From NCBI GenBank assembly GCA_964455675.1, contig CAYVYK010000001.1, forward strand, positions 76,463 to 140,462: DNA of 64,000 nucleotides, in the 5' to 3' direction. The DNA comes from an uncultured Methanosarcinales archaeon (GTDB lineage Archaea > Nanobdellota > Nanobdellia > Woesearchaeales > CAYVYK01). The translations under genes were made by a program, and so were the position numbers. The notes below the pieces were generated by a model. It saw only the letters and a program-made list of their open reading frames with translations. It made no database searches and was not told the DNA's origin. Position 1 is the stretch's first letter; each line of letters opens with the position of its first letter. This document shows, in pieces, positions 17,201 to 27,700 of this stretch.

Positions 17201-18710
17201 GCCCAGTAACGTCGAACGTGTTTTTCCAGCATTCGATATGGTCTCCAACTGTTTGGCATCCGTCTGGAGTGTATGTTCTGGAAAGGACTGGTACGGATGT
17301 TCCGCTCTTATAGAGTGATACATTGAACTTCACGATGTTGGACTGGTCGTCACGCGCGCGCATTGATAAGGGCAGTCGATCAGTGAGGTATGTTCGGTCA
17401 TCGTCGATGTCTGGCAGATTTGTTGAATCGTTTACGATGAGCATGGTTGGTCCGGAAAGGATCATCATTACTGCATGATCTGCATGCGCTTTCTCGTCAT
17501 TTTTTGTGCAACGGAAGTGGAACGTGTGTGATCCTTCCTGTCCTGCAGGTATCATTGCAGTTGCCTCGTGGTCCGTGGCGTATCCAGTATCAAATGAGGT
17601 GTACGCAGTGGTGACTCCTCCGTGTGTTCTGTTGTAGCTGCAGAGCGCTTGCTTATTCGTGAGGATGTTGAGAAGAACGGGTACTTGCCCGCCTTGCTGT
17701 GGGCCCGTGATGTAGTAATCGGGCGAGAGCACTTCCAGTATTTCGAGCGGTGCATTGAGTGCAACAGTGACTTCCACATACTCTTGTCCTGTTAATTGCT
17801 GTGCTTGGTCCTCGCACTGTCCGTAGTAGCGGTATACTCCTTCCTGTAGTGGAACGGTAATCTGCTTCGTTGCTGTTGTCTGGTATTGTGTCTGTCCAAA
17901 TGATAGCATGCTCGTGTATGATGGCGGTGTGGAGCTTTGGAGATACTTGCACTTCGTGGGCTCGTTTGTATCGATGATGAGTGTTGTTGACGGTGACTCG
18001 GTGACGAGTGATGGTACTGCGCGGAAGTCCACGATTTGTGGTGGCTGCATGTCTATTGAGAAGATGTACGTGATCGTATGCTCGTGGTTATGGTCGATGA
18101 CGTCCTCGCACTGGATTTTGACCTTGTTGACTGCTGCAGGATCAGGATTGAATGGAGGAGTGAAGAATCGCTTTTCGTGCACGGTGATATAGCTGCTTCC
18201 ATAGCTCATGTAATATTCCATTTCTTCCCATTCTTCATCAGGGATTGTCTCCCCATCCGTGCTGAACTTGCATTGCGCTGGAATGCTTGTCTCAAATCTC
18301 ACGGTAAAATCTTGGTTTCCTGCAAAGACTCCATGTGTTTCATCGATGGGGTTTGGAACAAGGAGTGTGAAATCAATGCCGGTAATTACAACGGTAAATG
18401 TGGTGGAGAGCTCATCGCCCCATACTCCTCGGATGTCCCGCCCCTTGATAGTAAATCGATACTGTCCTGAGGGGAGATAGTCGTTTGGTGCTATATCAAA
18501 CCGAAAAGAGGTGGAATTGACGCGCGTCGTGACGAGCTTGCTCGTGTAATCTTGGTTAAGAGTATTGTTGAGCTTCATCTCGATGGGGTTGCTGCCTGTC
18601 CAGATTGGCTCATTAAAGGTAACGCGGATCACTGGTCGTGGGCCAACAGCCAGAGCACAAGGTAGGAGGAAAAGAGCAACAATCAGCATGACATACAGAT
18701 GTCGCTTCAT
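14268..18710 (-). CDS. Large single-pass membrane surface protein, 1480 aa: duplicated Ig-like block, Cys-rich repeats, TSP3-like Ca-binding repeats, TM helix, cytoplasmic tail
   Basis: Sec signal; two aligned blocks of about 430 aa (e.g. IDMQPPQIVDFRAVPSL vs YDTVPPVINSFVAIPSL; QSDGVLVD vs TSDGITVD); three NGxExDVDCGG-type repeats; DCDGDGMPD/DSDSDGLP/DTDGDGYLDGDE; TM WIWLVLLILLAVAIIGVGGYFTY; basic tail of about 215 aa. Confidence 0.85.
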   Translation of the reverse strand: MKRHLYVMLIVALFLLPCALAVGPRPVIRVTFNEPIWTGSNPIEMKLNNTLNQDYTSKLVTTRVNSTSFRFDIAPNDYLPSGQYRFTIKGRDIRGVWGDELSTTFTVVITGIDFTLLVPNPIDETHGVFAGNQDFTVRFETSIPAQCKFSTDGETIPDEEWEEMEYYMSYGSSYITVHEKRFFTPPFNPDPAAVNKVKIQCEDVIDHNHEHTITYIFSIDMQPPQIVDFRAVPSLVTESPSTTLIIDTNEPTKCKYLQSSTPPSYTSMLSFGQTQYQTTATKQITVPLQEGVYRYYGQCEDQAQQLTGQEYVEVTVALNAPLEILEVLSPDYYITGPQQGGQVPVLLNILTNKQALCSYNRTHGGVTTAYTSFDTGYATDHEATAMIPAGQEGSHTFHFRCTKNDEKAHADHAVMMILSGPTMLIVNDSTNLPDIDDDRTYLTDRLPLSMRARDDQSNIVKFNVSLYKSGTSVPVLSRTYTPDGCQTVGDHIECWKNTFDVTGLDLDDQTWYLFEVWAENQAGQRSAAMQSDGVLVDVTSGFIHLVRPINGVFTDTNYTVRIETLQTSVCKFSNRPVIPGPKDWATMRYFESDKGDASHLIHETYLNGSDAFIQGVTNKLFIKCNDGAHMPNASYDLTYDTVPPVINSFVAIPSLIVEDEGQMVYFDLNISTNENTYCRYSEVEGDEYEDRLPFDGPEVPANFKKKFQVEVSRIAVSGTFDYYAECVDLGGLETGVAHTQVTVDLTVPLTIDTSLTPTYYSQTTGGNVQVPLKIFTNKLALCFWGYEGNATPVNLFQDSQQHYVFQKTVTIPVPSDGDYTFPFRCVREEEDVRAEKTIYVDSSAPDITKFNDSSSYPGVDPQYTFDDDKLPIWVIAEDNGTRVTKLNLEIYEDGVSSDTRIYNQNKTISSGDCDEDDGNYICEYKEFITNLDLADQKRYFFKGKAYNLAGLVSGVETSDGITVDIDLEPDYCRDLVKNGNESDVDCGGRTCSSCEINKTCRAHPDCRSAFCNPVLHKCKEATCNDGFLNGDETDVDCGGDDCDACGEGDDCIDDGDCESGICDPEEEECAEEDSCSNGRLDIGEADVDCGGVCPDLCGAGDDCDSDSDCQSGLECDNGECSIVEGPGCTSDADCAQGQQCDETTGHCMGSGCIRSGDCDGDGMPDAWEQTKGFDPTDPTDASRDSDSDGLPNKDEYTRQTDPKNPDTDGDGYLDGDEVANGWDPTDPDDPGSGLSWIWLVLLILLAVAIIGVGGYFTYQRYGPAGKKKFGMDIKFDTKRPGPGLLRPHPQVPFTPGTSGMSLDRRKHQYELRSKMRQSAMDAFGAGKTSSPSAGFTPKLGDTAVADGAPINEMTTLRTELSKYGDFSKFAPAELDKFKGMTRRQLQTILANKNAEQIKIIVQNLSTPKVKDEYVVDKGEKERKATNVRMAILPNEDKRKNIKGRTEDAVDRLAKMARRSGTHEEVFSKLAKMSKAKRRKK

Positions 18711-21700
18711 GAGTCACCGACCTCGATCGTCCCAAGTCCTGGTCCTCTATTGTCGATCTGGACGTAATAAGTTGAGTAGTTGTCCCACCAGTTTCCTGCG
18801 ATATCTTTTGGTCTGACACGGAACTGGATGGTGCGTGCGTATGATACTGAGTTTGGTGCGTATTCGATGCTGGCATCCGCGCTCGTTCCCCAAAGTCCCG
18901 AGCTTGAGCTGTTGGTCTCATCCTGATCTGGGATGGCGCTTGACGCTCCGCTTGGTACGTCTCCTAGGTAGCTGTACCCATTCATGCCGTAGCGGTCATG
19001 CATCTGCCAGATGTAATGGACGGTGCTAGCTGAGTAGATCTCGCTTGGATCTGGATGGGTGTCTGATGATACCGATGGTGGGTATGCAGATACCTCAAAA
19101 GGATCAACAGCGCTCTTGCAGTCGCTATCCCCCATATCAGTAAGGCCGTCGACATCATTGTCAATTCCGTCGCTGCATTGTGGTGGTCGCATAATGCATG
19201 CTCCCGTATTGAGGAATCCGATTGCGCTACAACTGATTGTACCTCCTGGTTTGAAGTCAAAGAGCGTGCAAGGAACGACTGGCGCTGATCCTGCGGAACA
19301 TTCTTGGCCGGGTAGTGTTCCGTCGTACTGCCCTCCGCATGTGAACGTGTTGAACGTACATCCTGGACTGCATGATAGTGCGCCAGGTCCCGATATTCCA
19401 AGACTTGCGCATGTAACCCCTCGTAGATCAAAGGTGTCGCACTGCTCTCCGGGATCCGCGTTGCCGTTTCCGCAGGAGTACTGTCCGCCTTGGATGATGC
19501 ATTGTGATGTCTCAAGGTGGCATCCTGCGCACCCAAGCACGCCTTGACTGAATCCGTTGATGTCTGAGCATGATGTTATGCCTGGTGCGAATTGTGTTCC
19601 GTCGCATATTTCACCTGGTTGCTGCAGCGTTCCATCTCCGCACACTCCTTCAAGTACGCAGTATGAGGTATCAACGGTGCACTGTCCGGGCAGTCCTTCC
19701 TCAATACAGTGCATGCTTCCGCTCGAGAATCCATAATCACTGCATGTCTTTCCGCCAAATACGGCAACCGAGTTGTCCCATTCGCATGTTTCTCCTGGCT
19801 CAATGACTCCATTCCCGCAGACGGATGTTGCGCAGTCGCAGGCATTTGTATCTATGGTGCATGCCGCCGTGCAGGCTAGGACAGCTCCTCCTCCGAGGTT
19901 GAAATCCTCGCACGTGTTTGCATCATTTGCAAAGACTGGTGGTGGACCTTTGTCGCATTGCTCTCCTGGTTCGATGACGCCATTCCCGCAGGTTGATGTG
20001 AGGAGGCAGTTCTCTGTTCGTATGATTCCGAATTGGCAGAGCAGGCTTCCTCCACTGAATCCAAAGTCCTGGCAATTGACGCCCGGTTGGAATATGGGCG
20101 CACCTGTCGCGCCGTCGATGTCGCATACTTCTCCTGGGTCTATGGCACCATTCCCGAGGTGCGTGAAATCAGTCGTGCATGTGGATATATCCAGTTTTGC
20201 TTGCGCGTTGCAGGAAAGTGCTCCAGATCCTCCCTGGTAGACGTAGTCGCTGCAGATGCTAAATCCTGGCGGCATCACTGTGCCGTCGCAGTGTTCGCTT
20301 GGCTCGATGAGATCGTTTCCATGAGTCACGATGCGTAGACAGTCGGCAGTATCAGTGACGCCGTTGAGACAGTCAAGCGGGTAGATTCCGATGCCAAGGT
20401 CGTATGATTCGCAGTTCATTCCGGCAAAGTATGGTACTCCTTGATCATCATCGCATGTTTCTCCTGGCTGGATCATGCCGTCGTGCAATGATGTTGAGCA
20501 TTCACATGCTCCTGAGGTTACATCGCATCCATTGCAGGTAAGTGCTCCTCCCGCCCATCCAAAGTCCGCGCACTGATCAACGCTGCCAAATTGTGTGCCA
20601 TCGCAGCTCTCGCCGATATCGATTTGGCTGTCGCCGCAGTCTGTTGGGTCCGGTGAATAAGTACAAGATGAGATATCGATTGCGCCGATGGTTGAGCATG
20701 CGGGTGCTCCGGTGTAGCATGTAAGGTACCCGCCACTGTACCCAAAGTCATCGCACGTGAGCCCTCCAAAGTTCTCTCCGCCTCCAGGGAGGTCGTCGCA
20801 TTCCTCTCCTGGCTGCAGGATGCCATCGCATGCAAGTTCTCCAGCGTCGCATCCTCCGATGTCAATTTTGCACTGCTGATCGCACACCCATGTCCCTGCG
20901 GGGAATCCCATGTCTTGGCACGCGCCGGTTCGTCCTGGCGGCTCGCATTGCTCTCCTGGCTCAAGTATTCCGTTTCCGCACGTGCTGTCCTGTGTGCATG
21001 CGTTAGTATTGAAATGGCATTGGTTTGGCTGTCCTGCTGCGATGCAGCTGATTGATTGGCCAGTAGGTCCATCAAACCCAAGGTCAGTGCACACACGGAC
21101 AAGTCCAAGGTCTGCTGGTATTCCGCTTGCGCCGGGGTCGCATGTTTCTCCAAGGTCAATGACTCCGTTTCCGCACACAGCGCTTGGTGCTGGGCATCCT
21201 CCCGCTCCATAGGTATCCGTACAGTAGCGTTCGCTGTCCGAGTATTCGTCACGGCAGCCAACATCACATGGTCCTCCTATGATGTTGAGGCTTCCGCTCG
21301 TGCAGTAGTCTACTTTGCCGTCATGATCATTATCCCACCCATCCATGCATTCGGGGATGATGGTCTTGTCGATGATAACACTGTCTGCCTTGATCGTTTG
21401 GTGGCCGACGTAATCTCTGACGCGCACAGCGACGGTATAGTTACCGTCCCTGTCCGTGATATAATTAATGTTGATGTCACCGAGCGGCTGTGCTTTGAGT
21501 TCCGTTCCTTGAGTGTAGAGCACGCCATTTTGCGCTGTCATGACATCTCCGTAGAACGTGACGAACCCAAGGTCTTGAGCTTCCCAGATGCTTGCGTCGC
21601 TCACGGTTGCTTCAAGGGGAATGTCAAGGTGATCTCGTCGGAGTCTATCTGAGAGTGTAAGAGTAACCACGGGCGCTGAGAGATCAAGTCTGAAGTTTCG

Positions 21701-24700
21701 TGTCCATTCAACGGTTGGTCCCCATCCTGCGCCGATCATGCGGTGTGCTCGGAGAATGAATGTGTATTGTTGTTCAATGCTCATATCCGCTGGGAACTGG
21801 CAGTGATATATTCCCCCTCCGCGGTTTTCGCACGTGAGGTCTCGTGTCCAGCTTCCTCCGTCAGTGACTCGTGCGAGAACTATCTCTACAGTCTGAGCTG
21901 GATTGAACGCCACTCGGAAAAGGCCCGTTGTTGTTGGCACGTACCACCTGTTTGTTGATGCGCGGAAGCGTGATGGTGGCGTTGTGACGATGTTTGCTGA
22001 AACGAGTGTTGGCGCGTCGGTGTTGTATTCAAAGATCCAAGTCTTCGTTACTTGGTGTCCACCCTCGCTTGCGAAGCTGAGTTGTACGTTGTAGATATTG
22101 TTTTGCAGTGTGTCGATGGGACCTGTAAGATTCCATGTGAGGAATGGTATTGAGGTTTTTTTGGTGCATGTGAAGTCTGGATCGTCGCATGTGAATGTCT
22201 TGGAGTATCCTGGTCCGGTGATTGCTAGGTTCACGCTGTCCGTGTCGAGGTCAAACTCAGGCATGCTTGTTGCCATAGTGACATACGCTCCGACGTGTAC
22301 TGGTACTTCGGTGAGGATGTCCCCGGGCATGGGGTAGTACATGAGTACGTCAGGGATGAATGGAGCGTATAGGAGTTCGAATGAGATCTCATCACTTGGA
22401 TTTAGCACATCGTCGACTCCCCAGATAACATATGTGTTCTCCCCGATTTCGATTCCAGGGGAGGGGAAGTTGTAGGGATCGATCATGAACCATCCTGTGG
22501 GTACAGATTCGTAGTAGAGTGTTGCAGATCCTGATGGTGTTGTTTCAAAGTCAGGCGTGACCGTGACGGTAACGCTTCCTCCGGACGGTGTTGCGCTCGT
22601 GATTCGGTAGCGTTCTTTCGTACCGCGGAGTTGCGCTGGGAATTCTATATACCTTCCTATCTGGAACTCATTGATGGTACTTGAGGAGATACGTACCGTG
22701 TGTGTGTCCACCACTTGTGATACTGTTCCTGTCGCATGCTGGATCGATACTGGAGCGGTGAGTACATACTGTGTGAATCCTCCAGTAATGCTTTCGATGT
22801 ACACGCGTGAGCTTGCCGCTTGCGAGATTCCGTAGATCTTGTAGTTGATGATTGATAGTACAATATCTGACATGTCAGCTGCTAGCCCTTGCGGGTAATG
22901 GATTGTTGGAGGATTTGGCCCAAAGATATCTATCTCAAACAGTCGCCCCTCGTCCACTTGGTCATCGTCTGATATAATATAGTACGGGTCCTGCAGTGAG
23001 ATGTGGAACTGTCCTTGGATGTTGTTTGGCGGGGGAACCGTATCGTAAATGGCATGCTCGATGAGGTCAAGGTCATAGTAGAATTGTGTGCACGCTCCGG
23101 TTGGTTCGCATGTTCCAGTCACAGGTCCTAGGTATGTGAGGTAGTAGTGTTCTCCGTTCTCAAATTCTCCAGGATCGAATGCGTCAAGTTCGAAGCTAAA
23201 ATCCGTTTCTGGATCGACGAGGAATACTGGCTTGCTTGTGTTAATGATGATTCGATAGCGGTTGTTCTTTGCGATTTTTGTCTTTCCCGGATTGTAGACA
23301 ATTGGGCTGCCGTAGAATGGAAGGATGGAGATATTGATGTCAGCTGGCCTTGAGTCAAGGTGCACGGTGATACATTTTGTTGCTTCTATGTTTGGTGTGT
23401 ACTGCCCCTCTGCATCATCGGGTGTGGCATAGCAGATCTTGTAGTCGCCGGTAGTTCCTGGGTTTGCCAGGCTGATCACCGTTTCAGATGTATATGTAGT
23501 TGTAGGACTACAGGGAACAGTGCCTTGCACGGCGCAGTACTTGGTGACGCCACATCCCCACTGCTCATCGACGGTTGAAGGTGAATGCATGATGTCGGGG
23601 AGTGATGGATCAAGGCACGTGAACTTGTAGAAGAATAGTGTTTCGTAGAGTTCCGCTCCGCTTGGTACCGGTGTGGAAGTTGCTCCCCATACATTATAGA
23701 TGGTTGTTGTTGGCGCGCTTCGGTCATTTGCGAAAGTGTATGATGTGGTCTTGTCCCATCCTCCGCCCGCTGTTTCTCTGCACTGGATGTTGACGGTGTG
23801 GTATCCGTTCTCTGTTCCTGCCGCTGTTCCAGTAAGTTCGTGCCTCCAGAGCCAGTATCCGCTGCCTGTTTCTGGGCAGGGCGCTGCGCCGCAGCCGTAG
23901 TATCCGGCAAATGGTGCGTTATCGACGCTGAATTCGCAGCGGTTGTATTGGAATTCGGTCTTGATAGAGAGTTCTGGGCTTGAGTCGGTGATTGTTCCTG
24001 TTGGTTGCTCGTCATAAATCTCCGTGTTGAGCTTCACAAGCACAGGCTGCTGGATGACAATCACTTCATTGCCGTGCTCATCCTTGCACGTCAGTTCGAA
24101 ATAATAATTGCCATCCTGGAGATTTGTGTATGTGATGAGTTTTGGATCGGCGCTGCTCGTCTCGAGGAGTTCGAGGTAGCTGAGTTGTGCAGAATCATAC
24201 CCTCCAGGTCCTCTAAGCCTGTCCTGGCAGAACATGTCTTTTCCGGAGTTCTCAAAGAATGACGCCTGGATGCTCGATACTTGGATGCCGGGGTCGCTTG
24301 GGTACACGGGTGTTGGTCCGCTGATAGTCACTTGCGGAGGTATTGTATCGATGAAGATGCTATCCTCCTGGAGGATTCCTGAGTTGTTATGGATATCAAG
24401 TCCGAAGTATCGTATGACATACCACTTTTCCGTCGGCGTGGCAAGGAATCCGTAGGTGCTGATGATATCGACCTGATGGTTTTGTGCTGCGCTTGAAATG
24501 TATGTCGGTTTGCAGTCTGCATCCTCGATATCGTGCTCTCCTTGGGGGTCGTCCTCGATAATGCACCACTGCACGGCGAAGTTTGGTGCCAACTCTCCAG
24601 TGGAACTCTTGAATGGCACGAGCGGCCCGTCCTTGTTGAGGTATTTTGCCGCAGGGATAGTGGTGTAATCAATGATGATTGATGGTGGAGTGTTATCCTG

Positions 24701-27700
24701 CCTGCATGCGGGCACCGGACTGCTCATGCAGTCGTCGCGATTGTCATCATTTCCGTCCTTGATGCAGCTGCTTCCTGTCCACCTGCAAGTTTCTCGATGG
24801 CATGCATCGTTGCTCGGGATAATATTGTCGGGTGTTCCGCTTTGGAGCCACAGCCATCCTGTTTCTCCCCATGGAGGCGTGATGTCAAACTCTCTGCCTC
24901 CTTCGCATGCTGCTTCGGTAGTGTAATCATAACAGCTGACTGTTGGCGTGCACGCAATGCATTGGGTTTGCGCTGCGTTTGCGTAGCAGTCTCCGAGGAG
25001 GTCACATACGGTTTGGTTGCATCCAATGTTTTTGAAGAGCCCGGCGGAAGGTCCGCACATGCTGCACTTGTCATCATCGCTGTATCCTTCGGCGTAGCAT
25101 ATTCCTTTCCCGAATTCTGCAAATTCAGTTTCGTACCACATGCATGGGTGTTGTTCTCCAGGGACTGTCCGCCCTCCTGCACCGCAATGGTCTCCAGTTG
25201 TTGGATAGAGCGCAGCGTCGCACGCGCTGGGGCTATCATAATCATAGCAGCTCGTGACGCCCGTGCAGCTGTAGCACGCATCGACCGTCGTCGGGCTGTA
25301 ATCCATGTAGCAGTATCGGTTCGTCCATTGGCCTTGTCCTGCTGGTGATTTCTTGAGGCATGTGTAATCGAATCCTTGCGCCGTGTATACTTTGTCGTAA
25401 TAAAGTCCGAAGATATTGAATGCATTCCAGTCGCCCGGCACGGTTCCGGGTATTCCAAGGTTCTCGCATTGCTCAGGATCTGCGCAGTATGGCGCGCCGC
25501 TTGGTGGTTCTCCTGGCGGATCGACGCATACCCCGGTTCCTCCGGTGATTCTACAATCATCATACTTGAGTGCTTGATTATCTGCCGAGCAGTATGCGCG
25601 CACCGTCGGTAATGCATCTGGGGCTGGCTGGTCAGGTGTTGCATGCTGTCCTCCTCCGTCATAGAGGCAGAATCTGTTCATCGTGTCCTCGATGCCCATG
25701 CAGATGCAGTCACCGGGATAGTATGGCGGCGCAAATCCTTCTGATGCGGCAAGCCCGAGGGTTGGTTTTGGCACGGCTACAATCTTGTAGGTAAGGAGTT
25801 GATCGCATACGCCGTTCGGATCATCTCCGATAGGTGGGTAGTCGCCAAGTGGGTAATCAAGGGGAATGGTGTAGCTTGCTTGCGCGTCCGCTCCCATAAC
25901 TTCTTCCCGAGGCTGCCAGATTCCAGTTCCGAGTTGCTCATAGATGATGTAACGCTCAACTTTTTCAGGGCATTGCATGTGCCAGTGGAGAATACCGTCG
26001 GGCTCACCTTGCGTGGCTGTGTGTTGCACGTTCGCGCCGTCAGGCTCAGGCATGTATTCGGGATTTGCGCATACTTCCGCTCCTTCGGGGATGAGTTCCG
26101 CGTCCTGCCGTACCTCTTGGTTTGCAGTAATGACGATATCGTTGATCGTCTCGGTGATGAATCCTGATTTTGATACAGTCATTGTGTATGTTCCGACTGG
26201 AACGTCATTGCGAAGGTAGAGTCCGTCCGATGCAACGCCGTGGTATACTCCAAATGCAGTGGTTGTTGTAATTCCTGATCCTCCCGCTGTTGGTTGGAGG
26301 TTGATGGTTGCGCCAGTGATCGCCGTTCCGGAAACCTGGTTGGTGACGACTCCCCAAATGGTTCCAAATACGCATCCTCCGGATTGCACGTATCCGCCAC
26401 AGCAGTACAGGCTTGCTTGGGCTGTCGTGGAAAGGTATGTGGTGCCGCATCTGCAGTACCCATAGATATCTGGTGAAATGTCACCGACACGTTGCTCATT
26501 GAGGCATGCGGGGATGCTGTCGACGGGAACGGAGCAGCATACGCCACTGCTTCGTGGATAGGGAACTGCTTGGTTCAATTGCGGACAGCTTGTGTTGTAT
26601 ATTCCCCCAGGCCCTTTGTCGACACTTCCTCCTGGGACTGTGCATTGACTGACGAAGAATCCGCAAAACTGCTGACCAATGACAGGGTCGCTCTCTCCTT
26701 GCGCTTCCCAGCAATTATTCGGGCATGTGCAGTCTACCTGGCAGTCTCCCGGGCAGAGCGCGGATGATGTGCCGTCACATTCCTCTCCGGTGTCGACGAA
26801 GTCGTTCCCGCAGAGTGTTGAGGTTCCTTCCAAAAGCTCGAAGTAGAATGTGCGGTCGTCCTGGTCGGACGGAGCAAAGTATTCTTCAAAGTATGATTGG
26901 TATCCTGGTGCTGTCACATCAAAATTGATGGTGTCTCCCTTAGGGAGGCCGTCAAACACAACCGGGTGATCATGCGTCGGTGGTTGTCCGTACGTTTTTG
27001 TTTCCCCGGAGATTGTATTGGTACTCCAAGAGATCGTGACGGGTAAATCCTCGTCAGCGAGGTCGTTTGCTTCCGTATCAGTGACATAGACAGTTGCCGT
27101 CCAGTACTGTGCTCCTGGTATGGGCACAAGATCAAAATTGAGTGTTGTTGTTCCTTGGTCGGTGATTGTTGCGGATTGTACTCTGACTTGGTATCCGGTC
27201 AGGGATGCCTCAACGCTGACAACGCCTGCTGCGACGTTCGAGATTGTGTACGTTCCTCCTGATCCTGCAGTCGTGCTAAGGCCTTGGCTCGGTATGGTGA
27301 CGATTGCTCCAGGGAGTGGATCGTCGGTATCTTGGTCTCGAACAGTCCCGGTAATGGTGCCATAGCCTGGAGCTCCTCCGCAAAGAGCCTGGCATGATGT
27401 GCCAACAACTCCAGGTGAGAACGCTCCTCCTTCGTCGTCACAATACTCTTTGTAGACACCTTGACCCGCTGCTGGCCCATGCTGGGTTCCTCCATATTGG
27501 TTGTAGTCGCAGAAGAAGACTCCCCCGCTTTCCACCCTGCAGCATCCAGCAGGCTCACAATTGGGTACAACATCGTCACAAAAGGTATCTGTGTATTGGT
27601 CGTATTCAAAGTATCCAGAGAGGCACTCCGTGCTTGCTTCTCCTTCCGTTTGCTCTTGGCAGTATGCGTATACTGTTCCTTGGGCATTGATGGCGCGAAG

